Shown piece after piece: positions 28,359 to 37,746 of a stretch of DNA of 37,943 bases. A program made the translations under genes and the position numbers. The notes under the pieces are model-generated. The model was not told the DNA's origin and made no database searches. It saw only the letters and a list, made by a program, of their open reading frames with translations. Origin of the DNA: Promethearchaeota archaeon (GTDB lineage Archaea > Asgardarchaeota > Lokiarchaeia > Sigyniarchaeales > SOKP01); contig JBHLNS010000034.1 in NCBI GenBank assembly GCA_048941285.1, positions 1 to 37,943 of the forward strand. The letters are read 5' to 3'. The stretch's first letter is position 1. The number at the start of each line of letters is the position of its first letter.

Positions 28359-29135
28359 ATGTTATCAGAAAATTTAGATTTTGGAGAATTTATTGAATTT
28401 TCAATAAAAAAAAAGTTTGGAATTATTCATTTGAACCGAACTTATAGAGGAAACGCAATTACGATTGAAATGGCAAAAAATTTGAAAAGAGTTATCGAAT
28501 TTTGTCAAATTTCAGAAAAAATAAGAGGTATTATATTAACTGGATATGGAACATCTTTTACTACGGGCATGGATATTGATGGGATTGATGGTAGCAATCA
28601 TGACGCGGTAAAAGAATATGAACAAACAGCAGCAACTATTCAAAACTTGCTGTATTATGGAAAACCTGTCATTTGTGCTATAAATGGTAAAGCAATGGGA
28701 GATGGTGTAGCGTATGCATTATCTTCTGATTATAGAATAGCAGTTAAAGATTGCTATTTTATGATGCCTGAGATAAATTTAGGTGTCTTTCCTGGTACAG
28801 GGATAATAGTGTTAATGACAAGAGTTATTGGAATTCCCTGGGCTAAAAAAATCCTCATGTTTGCTGAAAAAGTAAGTGCTGAAAAAGCACTAGAAATAGG
28901 ATTAATTGATCAAATAGTAGAAAATCAAGACGATTTAATGAAAGTTGCTTTCGATAGAGCAAAATTTCTCTTTACTAAAAATCAAACAGTTTTAAATGCG
29001 ATTAAGCTATGTAGCAATCATTTAGCAGATAAATCATATAATGATGCCTATGAATTAGAGAAGATTGGCTCAGCATGGTACGAATTTGAAGATAAGGAGC
29101 AATACATTAAGGATTTTAGAAAAAAATTTTTTTAA
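28359..29135 (+). CDS. Enoyl-CoA hydratase/isomerase family protein (tandem paralog 2)
   Basis: Same length (258 aa) and collinear with paralog 1; FTTGMDI, KPVICAING and MPEINLGVFPG. Confidence 0.9.
   Translation: MLSENLDFGEFIEFSIKKKFGIIHLNRTYRGNAITIEMAKNLKRVIEFCQISEKIRGIILTGYGTSFTTGMDIDGIDGSNHDAVKEYEQTAATIQNLLYYGKPVICAINGKAMGDGVAYALSSDYRIAVKDCYFMMPEINLGVFPGTGIIVLMTRVIGIPWAKKILMFAEKVSAEKALEIGLIDQIVENQDDLMKVAFDRAKFLFTKNQTVLNAIKLCSNHLADKSYNDAYELEKIGSAWYEFEDKEQYIKDFRKKFF
29001..29040 (+). repeat. 40-bp exact repeat, copy 2
   Basis: Identical to 28204-28243. Confidence 0.9.
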
Positions 29136-29388
29136 ATTATCGTTTTCTTATTCAATCAACTTTATTAATTTACTCTAACCTACTTTTTGTTTTAGTTTTT
29201 ACTAATTAATTAATCTAATAAATTAGAGAAAACAAAAATAAATTGCATAACATTAAAATCTAAACTTAGTTTATTACACATAGTTATCTATAGATGATTA
29301 ACCTAAGATAATCTGCAATTAAGGAAAACAAAAGAACCTAACTAAAAAAAAGAAATATTTAATATAACTAGCGATAAGGTGATAATTT

Positions 29389-29676
29389 TTGGCTAAAAAA
29401 GAAGATGATTCAAAAGTATTTATTGGCAGAAAGAAATCGATGGCTTATGTGATGGCTGCTATGGTCGTTTTAAACGATAAACCAGTGAGATTATTAGCTC
29501 GAGGTAGGTCTATTTCTCGAGCAGTAGATGTAGCTGAAATTTTAATAAACAAGTTTGTATCAGGAAGCAGCTATGGTGAAATTCTGATTGGGACTGAGAC
29601 GATTACAAATAGGGATGGAACTAATAGCAATGTCTCATCTATCGAGATAGAAATCCTTCCGCCAAAAAGGAAATAA
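29389..29676 (+). CDS. albA: DNA/RNA-binding protein Alba
   Basis: VFIGRKKSMAYVMA, LARGRSISRAVDVAE and NVSSIEIEI; TTG start after SD AGGTGA. Confidence 0.95.
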   Translation: MAKKEDDSKVFIGRKKSMAYVMAAMVVLNDKPVRLLARGRSISRAVDVAEILINKFVSGSSYGEILIGTETITNRDGTNSNVSSIEIEILPPKRK

Positions 29677-29698
29677 AGTAATAACTAAATATTATCAG

Positions 29699-29745
29699 GA
29701 GAAAATCAGGAGACTTTCTCGCTTCTTTTTTTTTATTTTATTTTT
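29699..29745 (+). terminator. Short hairpin plus oligo-T after albA
   Basis: GAGAAA (29699-29704) can pair with TTTCTC (29715-29720), followed by T9 and further T tracts. Confidence 0.45.
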
Positions 29746-30021
29746 AAATATCGATATAATTTCATAATAATTTTGATTTACGTCAAGATTGTATTTTTTA
29801 AGATATTTTATTTGAAGTTGGATTAATTAAATCTGTAAATAAAGACCAATGTTTTATTTCCTTCTTCTATGAAGAATTTACTTAATTTCAATTCATCAGT
29901 TTATTGGCAATGGAAACCAAGAGGAGTAGTTTAAACTTAAATATCTAATTATTTCCTAATTTTTTGACTTCGGTTAAAAGGTTAGCAAAACTATAAATAG
30001 ATAACTATAATTTTTACAAAG

Positions 30022-31782
30022 ATGACAGTTAAAAAATCTTTACTGTTAATTCTAACTATTTTTTTCATGAGTTGCGCTGCAAATGTTAATATGACCAATT
30101 TTTCAAACCAACAACATGATATAAAATCTCAATCTATTAAAACTTCTGCAACAAATGGAAACATTGATTATTTAATTATAACAACTGAATACTTTAAGCC
30201 GCTTCTTGAATCGTTAGCAGAATGGAAAACCCAAAAAGGCGTTGTGTCTAAAATAGAGATTTTAGAGGATATAATAGATAATTATCCGGGAACAGGTGTG
30301 CCCAGAAGGATTAAAAATTGCATTCTAGACTATTATACCAACAACAATACAAAATGGGTTCTTTTAGCAGGAGATTCGAATCACATTCCCCCTAAATATA
30401 TAGAGTGTATTGAAGGTTATCCCAATGATGGTGACGTAGTTATTTGTGATTCTTTTTATGGAGATATGGACAACGATTGGTTTGAAGTAAATTTCGATTA
30501 TGAAGCTGAGGTATATGTAGGACGATTAACAGCAAATAATTATGATGAAATGTATAATTTAGTTGAAAACATATTGAATTACGAAAAGAATCCAGTTATA
30601 GGAGATTGGATGACGCATGCATTATTTGTGGGTGATATTCTTCAATTTGATATAGATTGGAACGGTGATGATATGTTAGATTACGGGGAATGTGATGGAA
30701 ATCGACTTCATAACTATATAAACAGTACCTTATTACCAGATAATTGGACTAGTTACTTTCTTGCCCAAACTCATGGTATTAAAGACACAGACTATTATAG
30801 TGATGCACAGATAGGATATATTAATTTTAGAGATGCTATTAATCAGGGATGCAGTATTGGTGCTGTTACTGCCCATGGTAGACCAGACAGAATTAGTATT
30901 TCTGAATGGATCACTGATTATGATGGAGATAACCTTTTTGATTATACAGCAAATCCATGGGAAGCAGGAGGAAGTGCAATTGATCAAATGGTTTGGAATA
31001 TTCTTTTTGATATATATGGAACTGAAATAATTGAAGAAGATAAATTAGGAATGTACTTTTTAGGAAGTTGCTCTGTAGGAACATTTGACTATTCAGATAA
31101 TTGTGTTGCTGAATATTTCTTAAAAAATGCGGCTATTGGATGTGTAGCCGGTAGTCAAGTAGTTTGGGGAGAAGATCAATGGTATGAACGCGTTCATGGC
31201 GGGTGGTTCGTGGAAGGCCTAAATTTTCGTTTCTGGGAACAACTTTTCCAATATAATCAACCAGGTAAAGCTTTAGCTTTAGCTAAAGCAGATTATGCTT
31301 CAGATAGACTCATTGATCCTGAGCCAATTGAATATCCAGAGTGGGGAAATAAAACACTTAAACAATTTAATTTGCTTGGTGATCCTGAAATTCCAATTTG
31401 GCTTTCAATCCCTAAACAACTTGATGTGAACATTGATCAACCATATAATTCGAATACAAATACAATGACCCTTAAGGTCACTGCTAGTGAAAAACCAGTT
31501 CAGGGGGCTACGATCACTTATACTGAAGATAATACGCTTCTCTGGAAGGGTGAAACAAACGATAATGGGACTATTGAAGTACCTTACCCTCAAATAATAG
31601 TAAATAACAAGGTTTTTACAGCAAGTAAAAATGGTTTTATCCCTTTTCAAGCAAATTTATCACAAAATGGAGGTTCGGACTCAGTACCAGGATATGATAT
31701 CATTTTGGTTTCTTTCACTCTTTTAGGCATGATTTGTATTATTTCAATACATAACAAAGTGTCTCTATCCAAAAAAAATTAA
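30022..31782 (+). CDS. Secreted C25 (gingipain-like) cysteine peptidase with a Loki-CTERM-like C-terminal anchor
   Basis: Signal peptide; DYLIIT, LAEWKTQKG, WVLLAGD, EVYVGRL, catalytic AHG and GSC, FNLLGDPE; C-terminal VPGY, TM helix and basic tail. Confidence 0.88.
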   Translation: MTVKKSLLLILTIFFMSCAANVNMTNFSNQQHDIKSQSIKTSATNGNIDYLIITTEYFKPLLESLAEWKTQKGVVSKIEILEDIIDNYPGTGVPRRIKNCILDYYTNNNTKWVLLAGDSNHIPPKYIECIEGYPNDGDVVICDSFYGDMDNDWFEVNFDYEAEVYVGRLTANNYDEMYNLVENILNYEKNPVIGDWMTHALFVGDILQFDIDWNGDDMLDYGECDGNRLHNYINSTLLPDNWTSYFLAQTHGIKDTDYYSDAQIGYINFRDAINQGCSIGAVTAHGRPDRISISEWITDYDGDNLFDYTANPWEAGGSAIDQMVWNILFDIYGTEIIEEDKLGMYFLGSCSVGTFDYSDNCVAEYFLKNAAIGCVAGSQVVWGEDQWYERVHGGWFVEGLNFRFWEQLFQYNQPGKALALAKADYASDRLIDPEPIEYPEWGNKTLKQFNLLGDPEIPIWLSIPKQLDVNIDQPYNSNTNTMTLKVTASEKPVQGATITYTEDNTLLWKGETNDNGTIEVPYPQIIVNNKVFTASKNGFIPFQANLSQNGGSDSVPGYDIILVSFTLLGMICIISIHNKVSLSKKN

Positions 31783-31807
31783 ATAATTTTTTTTAATTTT
31801 ATATTTT

Positions 31808-32098
31808 CTACCTTAATTTATCAATAGCCTTATGAAAACTTTCAATTAAATCTGATTCTACTTTATTATCTTTGATATTTTTTATGAAATTAATGAATTC
31901 TTTTATTAATGGATGTTGGATTACAACACACTTCTGATTTAAAGTATTCACATTAAAAATTAACGCAGAATTCAATTTTTCACCCATGCCTAACACATCC
32001 TTTAAAACTAATTCATTATTTTCCGTGTATGACAAGATTAAAATATCTTCAGCAATCTGAGAACCATCAGATTTATCTATTATTTTAAATTCGCACAT
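31808..32098 (-). CDS. cooT: CooT family nickel-binding protein with a C-terminal helical extension
   Basis: Starts MCE (Cys2 is the Ni ligand in CooT); IAEDIL, LVLKDVLG and IFNVNTLNQK; lies near cdhB/cdhC. Confidence 0.75.
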   Translation of the reverse strand: MCEFKIIDKSDGSQIAEDILILSYTENNELVLKDVLGMGEKLNSALIFNVNTLNQKCVVIQHPLIKEFINFIKNIKDNKVESDLIESFHKAIDKLR

Positions 32099-32203
32099 TT
32101 ATTATTTTCGTCTCTAAAAGAAAATTTCTGATATAATTTAAAAAATAATATATTTATATTAAATGTTCATTCATTATATTTGAAATCCTAAGTTTCATAT
32201 TCT

Positions 32204-32249
32204 ATTGAAATTACTGTGGAACTATTGGGAGCTCAATTATAATTTCAAT
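32204..32249. repeat. 10-bp perfect inverted repeat with an internal short hairpin in the divergent cooT/amidase gap
   Basis: ATTGAAATTA (32204-32213) and TAATTTCAAT (32240-32249); internal ATTGG-GAGC-TCAAT. Confidence 0.5.
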
Positions 32250-32302
32250 TATATCTTGCTATTTATTTAATTTTTGAAATGAAGTATAAATAATTAAGCC
32301 TC

Positions 32303-33763
32303 GTGAATATGGTAGAAATGAATAAAGAAGATATTTGTTATATGTCTGCTTATGATATGGCAGAAAAAATAAAGAACCAAGAAATAACTTCAGAGGAAGT
32401 AACCGAAATAATTATCGAAAGGATAGAAAATATAAATCCTTTAATAAATGCGTATTGTACTACTACTTTTGATTTAGCCCGGGAGAGTGCTAAAACAGCC
32501 GATAGAGCTGTAAAGAATGGTGAAAAGCTAGAATTATTACATGGTATACCAGTGTCTATCAAAGATGAAACAGAAACTAAAGGGATTAGAACTACTTTTG
32601 GATGTTTATTATTTAAAAATAATATACCTAGGAATGATGAAGCTATAGTTAAAAGAATAAAAAGTGCTGGAGCTGTGATTTTAGGAAAAACTAATACTCC
32701 TGCATTTGGATATAAAGCAGAAACAGACAATATGATTTTTGGGGTTACAAGGAATCCTTGGAATTTGGAAAGAACCACAGGAGGGTCTAGTGGTGGTGCT
32801 GCTAGCGCAGTGGCTTCAGGATTAGGCCCCATTGCTACAGGATCAGATGGAGGAGGGTCCATTAGAATACCTAGTTGTTTCTGTGGGGTTTATGGCTTCA
32901 AATCTACGTACGGACGTGTTCCCCAAAATGGTATGCTATTGATGGGTTACCTTGGTACATTAGTCCATAAAGGCCCTCTTGTAAGATATGTAAAAGATGC
33001 AGCTTTAATCTTAGATGTAATAGCAGGTCAAGATGATTCTGACAGATATTCAGTTCCGAAACCGAGATATAGTTATTTAGAAAGGCTCGAGGAAAAACCT
33101 AATAATTTAAAAATTGGATATTCTTTAGACTTGGGTTTTGCAGAAGGTCTCGATCCTGAAGTTGAAAAATCAGTTCTAGCTGGGATTCAAAAGTTTGAGG
33201 AATTCGGTTGGCCAATTGAAAAAACTAGAATAAAATTGAGGAATGCTGAAACTATTTTTTTAACTATTTGGTGTTCAGGATTTGCTTATACTTTAGGACC
33301 TTATTTAGAAACAGAGAAGGATAAATTTGATCCTTATCTTGTGGAACTGATCAATCTTGGATATAAATTTTCTACCAATGAAGTAAAAATCGCAGAAATT
33401 CAAAGAGAAAAGATTTATGAAGAAATATGTAAAGTATTTAGAAAAGTTGATATTTTAATAACTCCAACCTTGGCATGTCCTGCTTTTAAAATTGGTAGTT
33501 CGCAAATTATTGATAGGGAAAATAGGAGGACGAATATTATCATTAATGGAAGAAATATAACTGAACTTGGATGGTTGCCATTTACTTATCCTTTTAATTT
33601 AAGCGGTCATCCGGCAGCATCAATTCCGTGTGGTTGGTCTAGTGATGGTATGCCAATTGGCATGCAAATTGTTGGAAAAAGATTTGATGAATTACTTGTA
33701 CTTCAAGTTTCAAACGTTTTTGAAGAGCTTGCTCCTTGGCAAGATAAAAAACCAAACCTATAA
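32303..33763 (+). CDS. Amidase signature family enzyme
   Basis: GIPVSIKD (catalytic Lys), GGSSGG, GSDGGGSIRIP, TYPFNLSGHPA and PIGMQIVG. The start is probably the ATG at 32318. Confidence 0.93.
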   Translation: MNMVEMNKEDICYMSAYDMAEKIKNQEITSEEVTEIIIERIENINPLINAYCTTTFDLARESAKTADRAVKNGEKLELLHGIPVSIKDETETKGIRTTFGCLLFKNNIPRNDEAIVKRIKSAGAVILGKTNTPAFGYKAETDNMIFGVTRNPWNLERTTGGSSGGAASAVASGLGPIATGSDGGGSIRIPSCFCGVYGFKSTYGRVPQNGMLLMGYLGTLVHKGPLVRYVKDAALILDVIAGQDDSDRYSVPKPRYSYLERLEEKPNNLKIGYSLDLGFAEGLDPEVEKSVLAGIQKFEEFGWPIEKTRIKLRNAETIFLTIWCSGFAYTLGPYLETEKDKFDPYLVELINLGYKFSTNEVKIAEIQREKIYEEICKVFRKVDILITPTLACPAFKIGSSQIIDRENRRTNIIINGRNITELGWLPFTYPFNLSGHPAASIPCGWSSDGMPIGMQIVGKRFDELLVLQVSNVFEELAPWQDKKPNL

Positions 33764-33909
33764 TTATTGATAAATTTTTTTACATGTTTCTATTTTTTTA
33801 ATCCTTTTTTAGGTTAAACTATATAAAAACAATTTTTTTAAATTGTCTTTAATAATTCTAATTATTAAACAATTTTGAAATTTACAGCTAAAAATAAAAA
33901 CAGAGGAAA

Positions 33910-34449
33910 TTGAGTGAAATGGCACGTCCATATCAAAAAGCAAACATTCCTGGCCCTGAGATGGGTACTTCTGTTTCAGATCCAACAGTGATGGCAAATT
34001 TACTTAAGAGTCCTAAGAAGAGAGTAATGATAATTGGCGCTGAATCTTTAAATTGGCAACTTGGTGAAAAGAAGGTAGCGGATTATTTAATAGACATTGC
34101 GAATAAAATAGATTGTCATGTTGTCAGCACGGGTCATACATATAGTTATTTAAAGGAAAAAATCATTAATGGGAAACTATATGATATGTCATTGATTAAT
34201 ATTACAAATCGATTATGTGATAAAGAATGGACTGGTTTGGATGGAGAAGGTCAATATTCTATGGCAATTTTCGGTGGACACTTAGTTTTTTACGTCTCAC
34301 AAGCATTATCTCGGATCAAAAACTTTACAAACTGGGTAAAAACTGTAGAATTAGATAAATATTCGCATCCTAATGCCAGATTTAGTTTACCAAATCTTAG
34401 CGATGAAGATTGGAAATTATTTTTAGAAAATTTAATTGAAAAATTATAA
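33910..34449 (+). CDS. cdhB: CO dehydrogenase/acetyl-CoA synthase complex epsilon subunit
   Basis: PYQKANIPGP, VVSTGH, LCDKEWTGLDGEGQY and ELDKYSHPNARFSLPN; directly upstream of cdhC. Confidence 0.88.
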   Translation: MSEMARPYQKANIPGPEMGTSVSDPTVMANLLKSPKKRVMIIGAESLNWQLGEKKVADYLIDIANKIDCHVVSTGHTYSYLKEKIINGKLYDMSLINITNRLCDKEWTGLDGEGQYSMAIFGGHLVFYVSQALSRIKNFTNWVKTVELDKYSHPNARFSLPNLSDEDWKLFLENLIEKL

Positions 34450-34484
34450 AAGAATATGAAAAAATTAAAGAGGAGTAATTAAAA

Positions 34485-35921
34485 ATGAGTTTTGCTGATA
34501 TGCCTGTAGATGTTGGACCTGTGTATGAAGGTGAAAGAATTCGAGGAAATCAAATGTATGTGGAACTTGGTGGACCTAAGATCGAGAGACATTTTGAGCT
34601 CGTTAGAGTTAAACCGGAGAAAGAGATTGAGGATGGAAAAGTAAGGATTATTGGCCCCGATCTTAAGGATATGGAAGAAGGATCTAGATATCCAATAGGT
34701 ATTTTGGTTGAAGTTAGTGGTCCTGAACTTGAAGAGGATTTAGAAGCCGTATTTGAAAGGAGAGTTCATGAATTCTGTAATTTTGTTAATGGAATAATGC
34801 ACTTAAACCAGAGATATACCAATTGGATGCGTATTTCTAAATCTGCTTTTGAGAAAGGGTTTAACTCCTTCAATATGCTGGGAACAATTCTTATAAGATT
34901 ATATAAAGCTGAGTTACCAATCATTAAGAAAGCACAGGTTACGATTTATACAGATCCAGATAAAATTAAGGATCCATATGATTTCGCAATTGAAATCTAT
35001 AAAAAAAGAGATGAAAGAGCGCGAAGCATTAATGATGATGATGTGGAAATGTTTTACGGATGCGTTCTCTGTCAATCATTTGCTCCCACTCATGCTTGTT
35101 GTATAACACCAAATCGTATGAGCCTATGTGGTTCGATTTCTTGGTTTGATGCTAGAGCTGCAGCAAGAGTAGACCCTAAAGGCCCACTTTTTGAAGTTCC
35201 ACCCGGTGAGACTATAAATAAAGGAGCTGGAGAATACTCTGGAATTAATGAAATGATAAAGAAGAGATCCTTAGGGGAAATTGATCGAATTTATCTTTAT
35301 TCGGGCATGGAGTTTCCACATACCTCCTGTGGATGTTTTGAAGCAATTGATTTTCTCATTCCTGAAACAGGAGCAGGACATGGTATAATTGATAGAAGTT
35401 TTGATGGTGTGGCTATCAACGGATTACCTTTCTCAGCGATGGCAAATCAGACAGGTGGTGGTAAACAGATGCCAGGTTTCAATGGGATTAGTATCCAATA
35501 TATAATAAGCCCAAAATTTCAACAGTACGATGCAACACAGATAGGACTAAAAGATGGAATTGAATTGGTAGTTTGGATGGGAAAAACAGTTAAGGATCGC
35601 GTAGCAGAATTTCTTCCGCCTGATCTTGTAGATAAAATAGCAACTGAGGAAGAGGTATCAGATTTAAGCCAATTGCCTGCTTGGCTAGAAAAAGTTGGTC
35701 ATCCAATCATACAGACTGAAGAATATAAAGCTGCTGTAGGTGGAGTAGAAGAGGAAGAAGAATGGGAAGAAGAAGGTGCTATGGTCCCAATGGGTACCGT
35801 TGGAATGACTATCCCTGGTGTAGGTGGAGCCGGAGGGTTTAAAGTAATCCTGAAAAACTGTAAAATCCATGCTGAATCAATAATAATCAAGAAGATTGAT
35901 GCAAAGAGAAAAAAGAAATAA
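34485..35921 (+). CDS. cdhC: Acetyl-CoA synthase (ACDS beta subunit)
   Basis: DVGPVYEGERIR, ERRVHEF, HLNQR; A-cluster ligands CVLCQSFAP...LCG and HTSCGCFE; acidic linker and GGFKVILKNCKI tail. Confidence 0.96.
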   Translation: MSFADMPVDVGPVYEGERIRGNQMYVELGGPKIERHFELVRVKPEKEIEDGKVRIIGPDLKDMEEGSRYPIGILVEVSGPELEEDLEAVFERRVHEFCNFVNGIMHLNQRYTNWMRISKSAFEKGFNSFNMLGTILIRLYKAELPIIKKAQVTIYTDPDKIKDPYDFAIEIYKKRDERARSINDDDVEMFYGCVLCQSFAPTHACCITPNRMSLCGSISWFDARAAARVDPKGPLFEVPPGETINKGAGEYSGINEMIKKRSLGEIDRIYLYSGMEFPHTSCGCFEAIDFLIPETGAGHGIIDRSFDGVAINGLPFSAMANQTGGGKQMPGFNGISIQYIISPKFQQYDATQIGLKDGIELVVWMGKTVKDRVAEFLPPDLVDKIATEEEVSDLSQLPAWLEKVGHPIIQTEEYKAAVGGVEEEEEWEEEGAMVPMGTVGMTIPGVGGAGGFKVILKNCKIHAESIIIKKIDAKRKKK

Positions 35922-36024
35922 TTTTGCATACTAAATTTTTTTTAATATTTATTTTATTTATTTCAAGGGTTTTTTATAGTTCGTGTTTCTTTGAGAAAAT
36001 TTAATTTTTACGAATCAAGTTTGC

Positions 36025-36831
36025 TTAGGGGACAGGTATAATAACAGGCCTAAACAGAATGGGGAGTATATAAAAGAAAAAAACCATAACCAATGCATAA
36101 AGTAGACCAAATATAACCATTTTTTTAATTCTCTCTTTAGATGAGTTAATTAAATAACCTTCTATAGCGCCTAGACCTGATAATATTATCGCTAGTAGAA
36201 TTCCCCCAATAAAATAACCTGCAATTGCCCCAATACTAATAAATAATGGAATAGCTAATAAATTAATTGATAGACTCTTTCCGTAAATTTCGCGTTTTGT
36301 AATTATCAAAACGTTAATTAAAAATAGGAGTACTAAGTAATTCAAGGGAAAAAGCAAAAACCATCCCGCTCTATAACCTAACTCATTTGAAGAAATCATT
36401 TGAATTAGACTAATTCCACACAGAATAATAGCTAAGGGAAAATATGCCCAGATCCACTTTCCTCCAATTAGAGAAACAGCATAGATGACAATTATAATAC
36501 CCATTAAGTAGGCGGGAGTAGCAAGGGCTATTGCATATATTCCACTCCACCCTCCCAGTGATTTAAGCCCAAGATCGCCCCATACTGCAAAACATGTAAA
36601 ACCTATAATGATTGTGCCAATATTAAATGAAATTATAATCTTTTTCTTTACTAGTTCTGGATTATCTTTCCATTCTGATTCAGTAGAAACTCCAAATGAA
36701 GAAAGATAAATTCCCACAATAATACAAGCTATACTAAGAAATATAAGGTAAACTAAAAAAAATAATCCAACAGGAATTAATACTATTCCCAAAATAATAA
36801 GAATTATACCTAGGATCTTGCGATTTTCCAT
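36025..36831 (-). CDS. Hypothetical polytopic membrane protein (about 8 TM)
   Basis: 268-aa ORF of alternating hydrophobic segments; no family recognised. Confidence 0.75.
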   Translation of the reverse strand: MENRKILGIILIILGIVLIPVGLFFLVYLIFLSIACIIVGIYLSSFGVSTESEWKDNPELVKKKIIISFNIGTIIIGFTCFAVWGDLGLKSLGGWSGIYAIALATPAYLMGIIIVIYAVSLIGGKWIWAYFPLAIILCGISLIQMISSNELGYRAGWFLLFPLNYLVLLFLINVLIITKREIYGKSLSINLLAIPLFISIGAIAGYFIGGILLAIILSGLGAIEGYLINSSKERIKKMVIFGLLYALVMVFFFYILPILFRPVIIPVP

Positions 36832-37189
36832 TTTAACATCAAATACTCATATAAGATTTCGACTTGATAATTTACACTTACGTGATAATGTTATTTAAGT
36901 CTTTTTGTTGATATGAAGTAGCCATAAAGAATTGCATGTTCTTTAAGGAAGAATCAATTATAATTCAAAAATTTGGCTTAATAAGGAAAAAGAATTAATA
37001 ACTTTCTGATTTTTATTGTTTTTCGACATAAAAAATTTTTGACATTTCTATCGTGTTATGGTGACGCAAAATCTTTTTAAATACTTATATTTAAATATGT
37101 GAATTTCGTCGAGTATTAGTGGTATTCTTATAGGAATATTATTAAATAGCGATTTGGCTTAATTGCCCCATTATTTCTCATAATTCATC

Positions 37190-37645
37190 ATGTTGATTCG
37201 AGAAGCTGGTATACTCTTCCATGGGATTCCCATTATATTCACTAGCTATCATAGGGCTAGTAAAGATCAAACTAATTTAATTTGCTCAAGTGGATTAATG
37301 AGCGGGCTATTGAGTTTTGCTGAATGCCTAATGGAGCCAGTAGAATATTTTGAAAGTGATAAATATTCAATAGTTTTTAAAAAAGGCATAATAAAAGATT
37401 TCTTCAGAGATCAACAGGAGATTGTTGCATTCATCATTTTGGAAAAAGATTATAGGCTAGAGAAATATCTGCATAAGACAATTTTACCCTTATTGGAAAA
37501 ATTATTAAAAAGATTTATTACTCAATTTAATGGCTGTAACATGACGAAGGTTGGCCAATTCGAATCCTTTAAAAGCACAATTAATAAAATTTTCGGGACT
37601 GGTACACAAACTTTTGAAGAAAAAGTACTCTCTCTATTATCATAG
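37190..37645 (+). CDS. Longin-like domain protein (candidate eukaryotic signature protein)
   Basis: Beta-beta-alpha-beta-beta-beta-alpha-alpha pattern: GILFHGIPIIFTSY, helix SGLMSGLLSFA, VEYFESDKYSIVF, LLKRFITQF and FESFKSTINKIF. Confidence 0.6.
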   Translation: MLIREAGILFHGIPIIFTSYHRASKDQTNLICSSGLMSGLLSFAECLMEPVEYFESDKYSIVFKKGIIKDFFRDQQEIVAFIILEKDYRLEKYLHKTILPLLEKLLKRFITQFNGCNMTKVGQFESFKSTINKIFGTGTQTFEEKVLSLLS

Positions 37646-37746
37646 TTAAATCCTTGAAAAACTAACAATAAGAGGCTTTAATGTAAATTTAATGAAATTT
37701 AAATAAATTTAATTGAGTAATTTAAAAGCAGAGGGCTCTTTTAAAC

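Noticed and set aside
29869-29934. Small ORF MKNLLNFNSSVYWQWKPRGVV in the albA-C25 gap
   Set aside because: Only 21 codons, with no SD and no recognisable similarity.
32204-32211. ATTGAAAT resembling a CRISPR repeat 3' end
   Set aside because: No regularly spaced repeats and no cas genes in the window.
32303-33763. gatA assignment for the amidase
   Set aside because: Only the general amidase signature is evident, and there is no gatB or gatC nearby.
33809-33997. 62-aa minus-strand ORF overlapping the cdhB start
   Set aside because: Antisense to cdhB and its promoter region, with no motif.
362-35929. Short ORF-track entries overlapping longer genes (e.g. 362-610, 2253-2531, 6243-6593, 9395-9727, 32350-32862, 35699-35929)
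   Set aside because: They are antisense or alternate-frame shadows of well-supported genes and have no recognisable motifs.
36925-37163. Hairpin TAAAGAA-N7-TTCTTTA, a 12-bp direct repeat ATTTGGCTTAAT (36981, 37152) and GACGCAAA resembling part of a c-di-GMP-I riboswitch
   Set aside because: The riboswitch stems and GAAA tetraloop/receptor are missing, and the short AT-rich repeats are compatible with chance.
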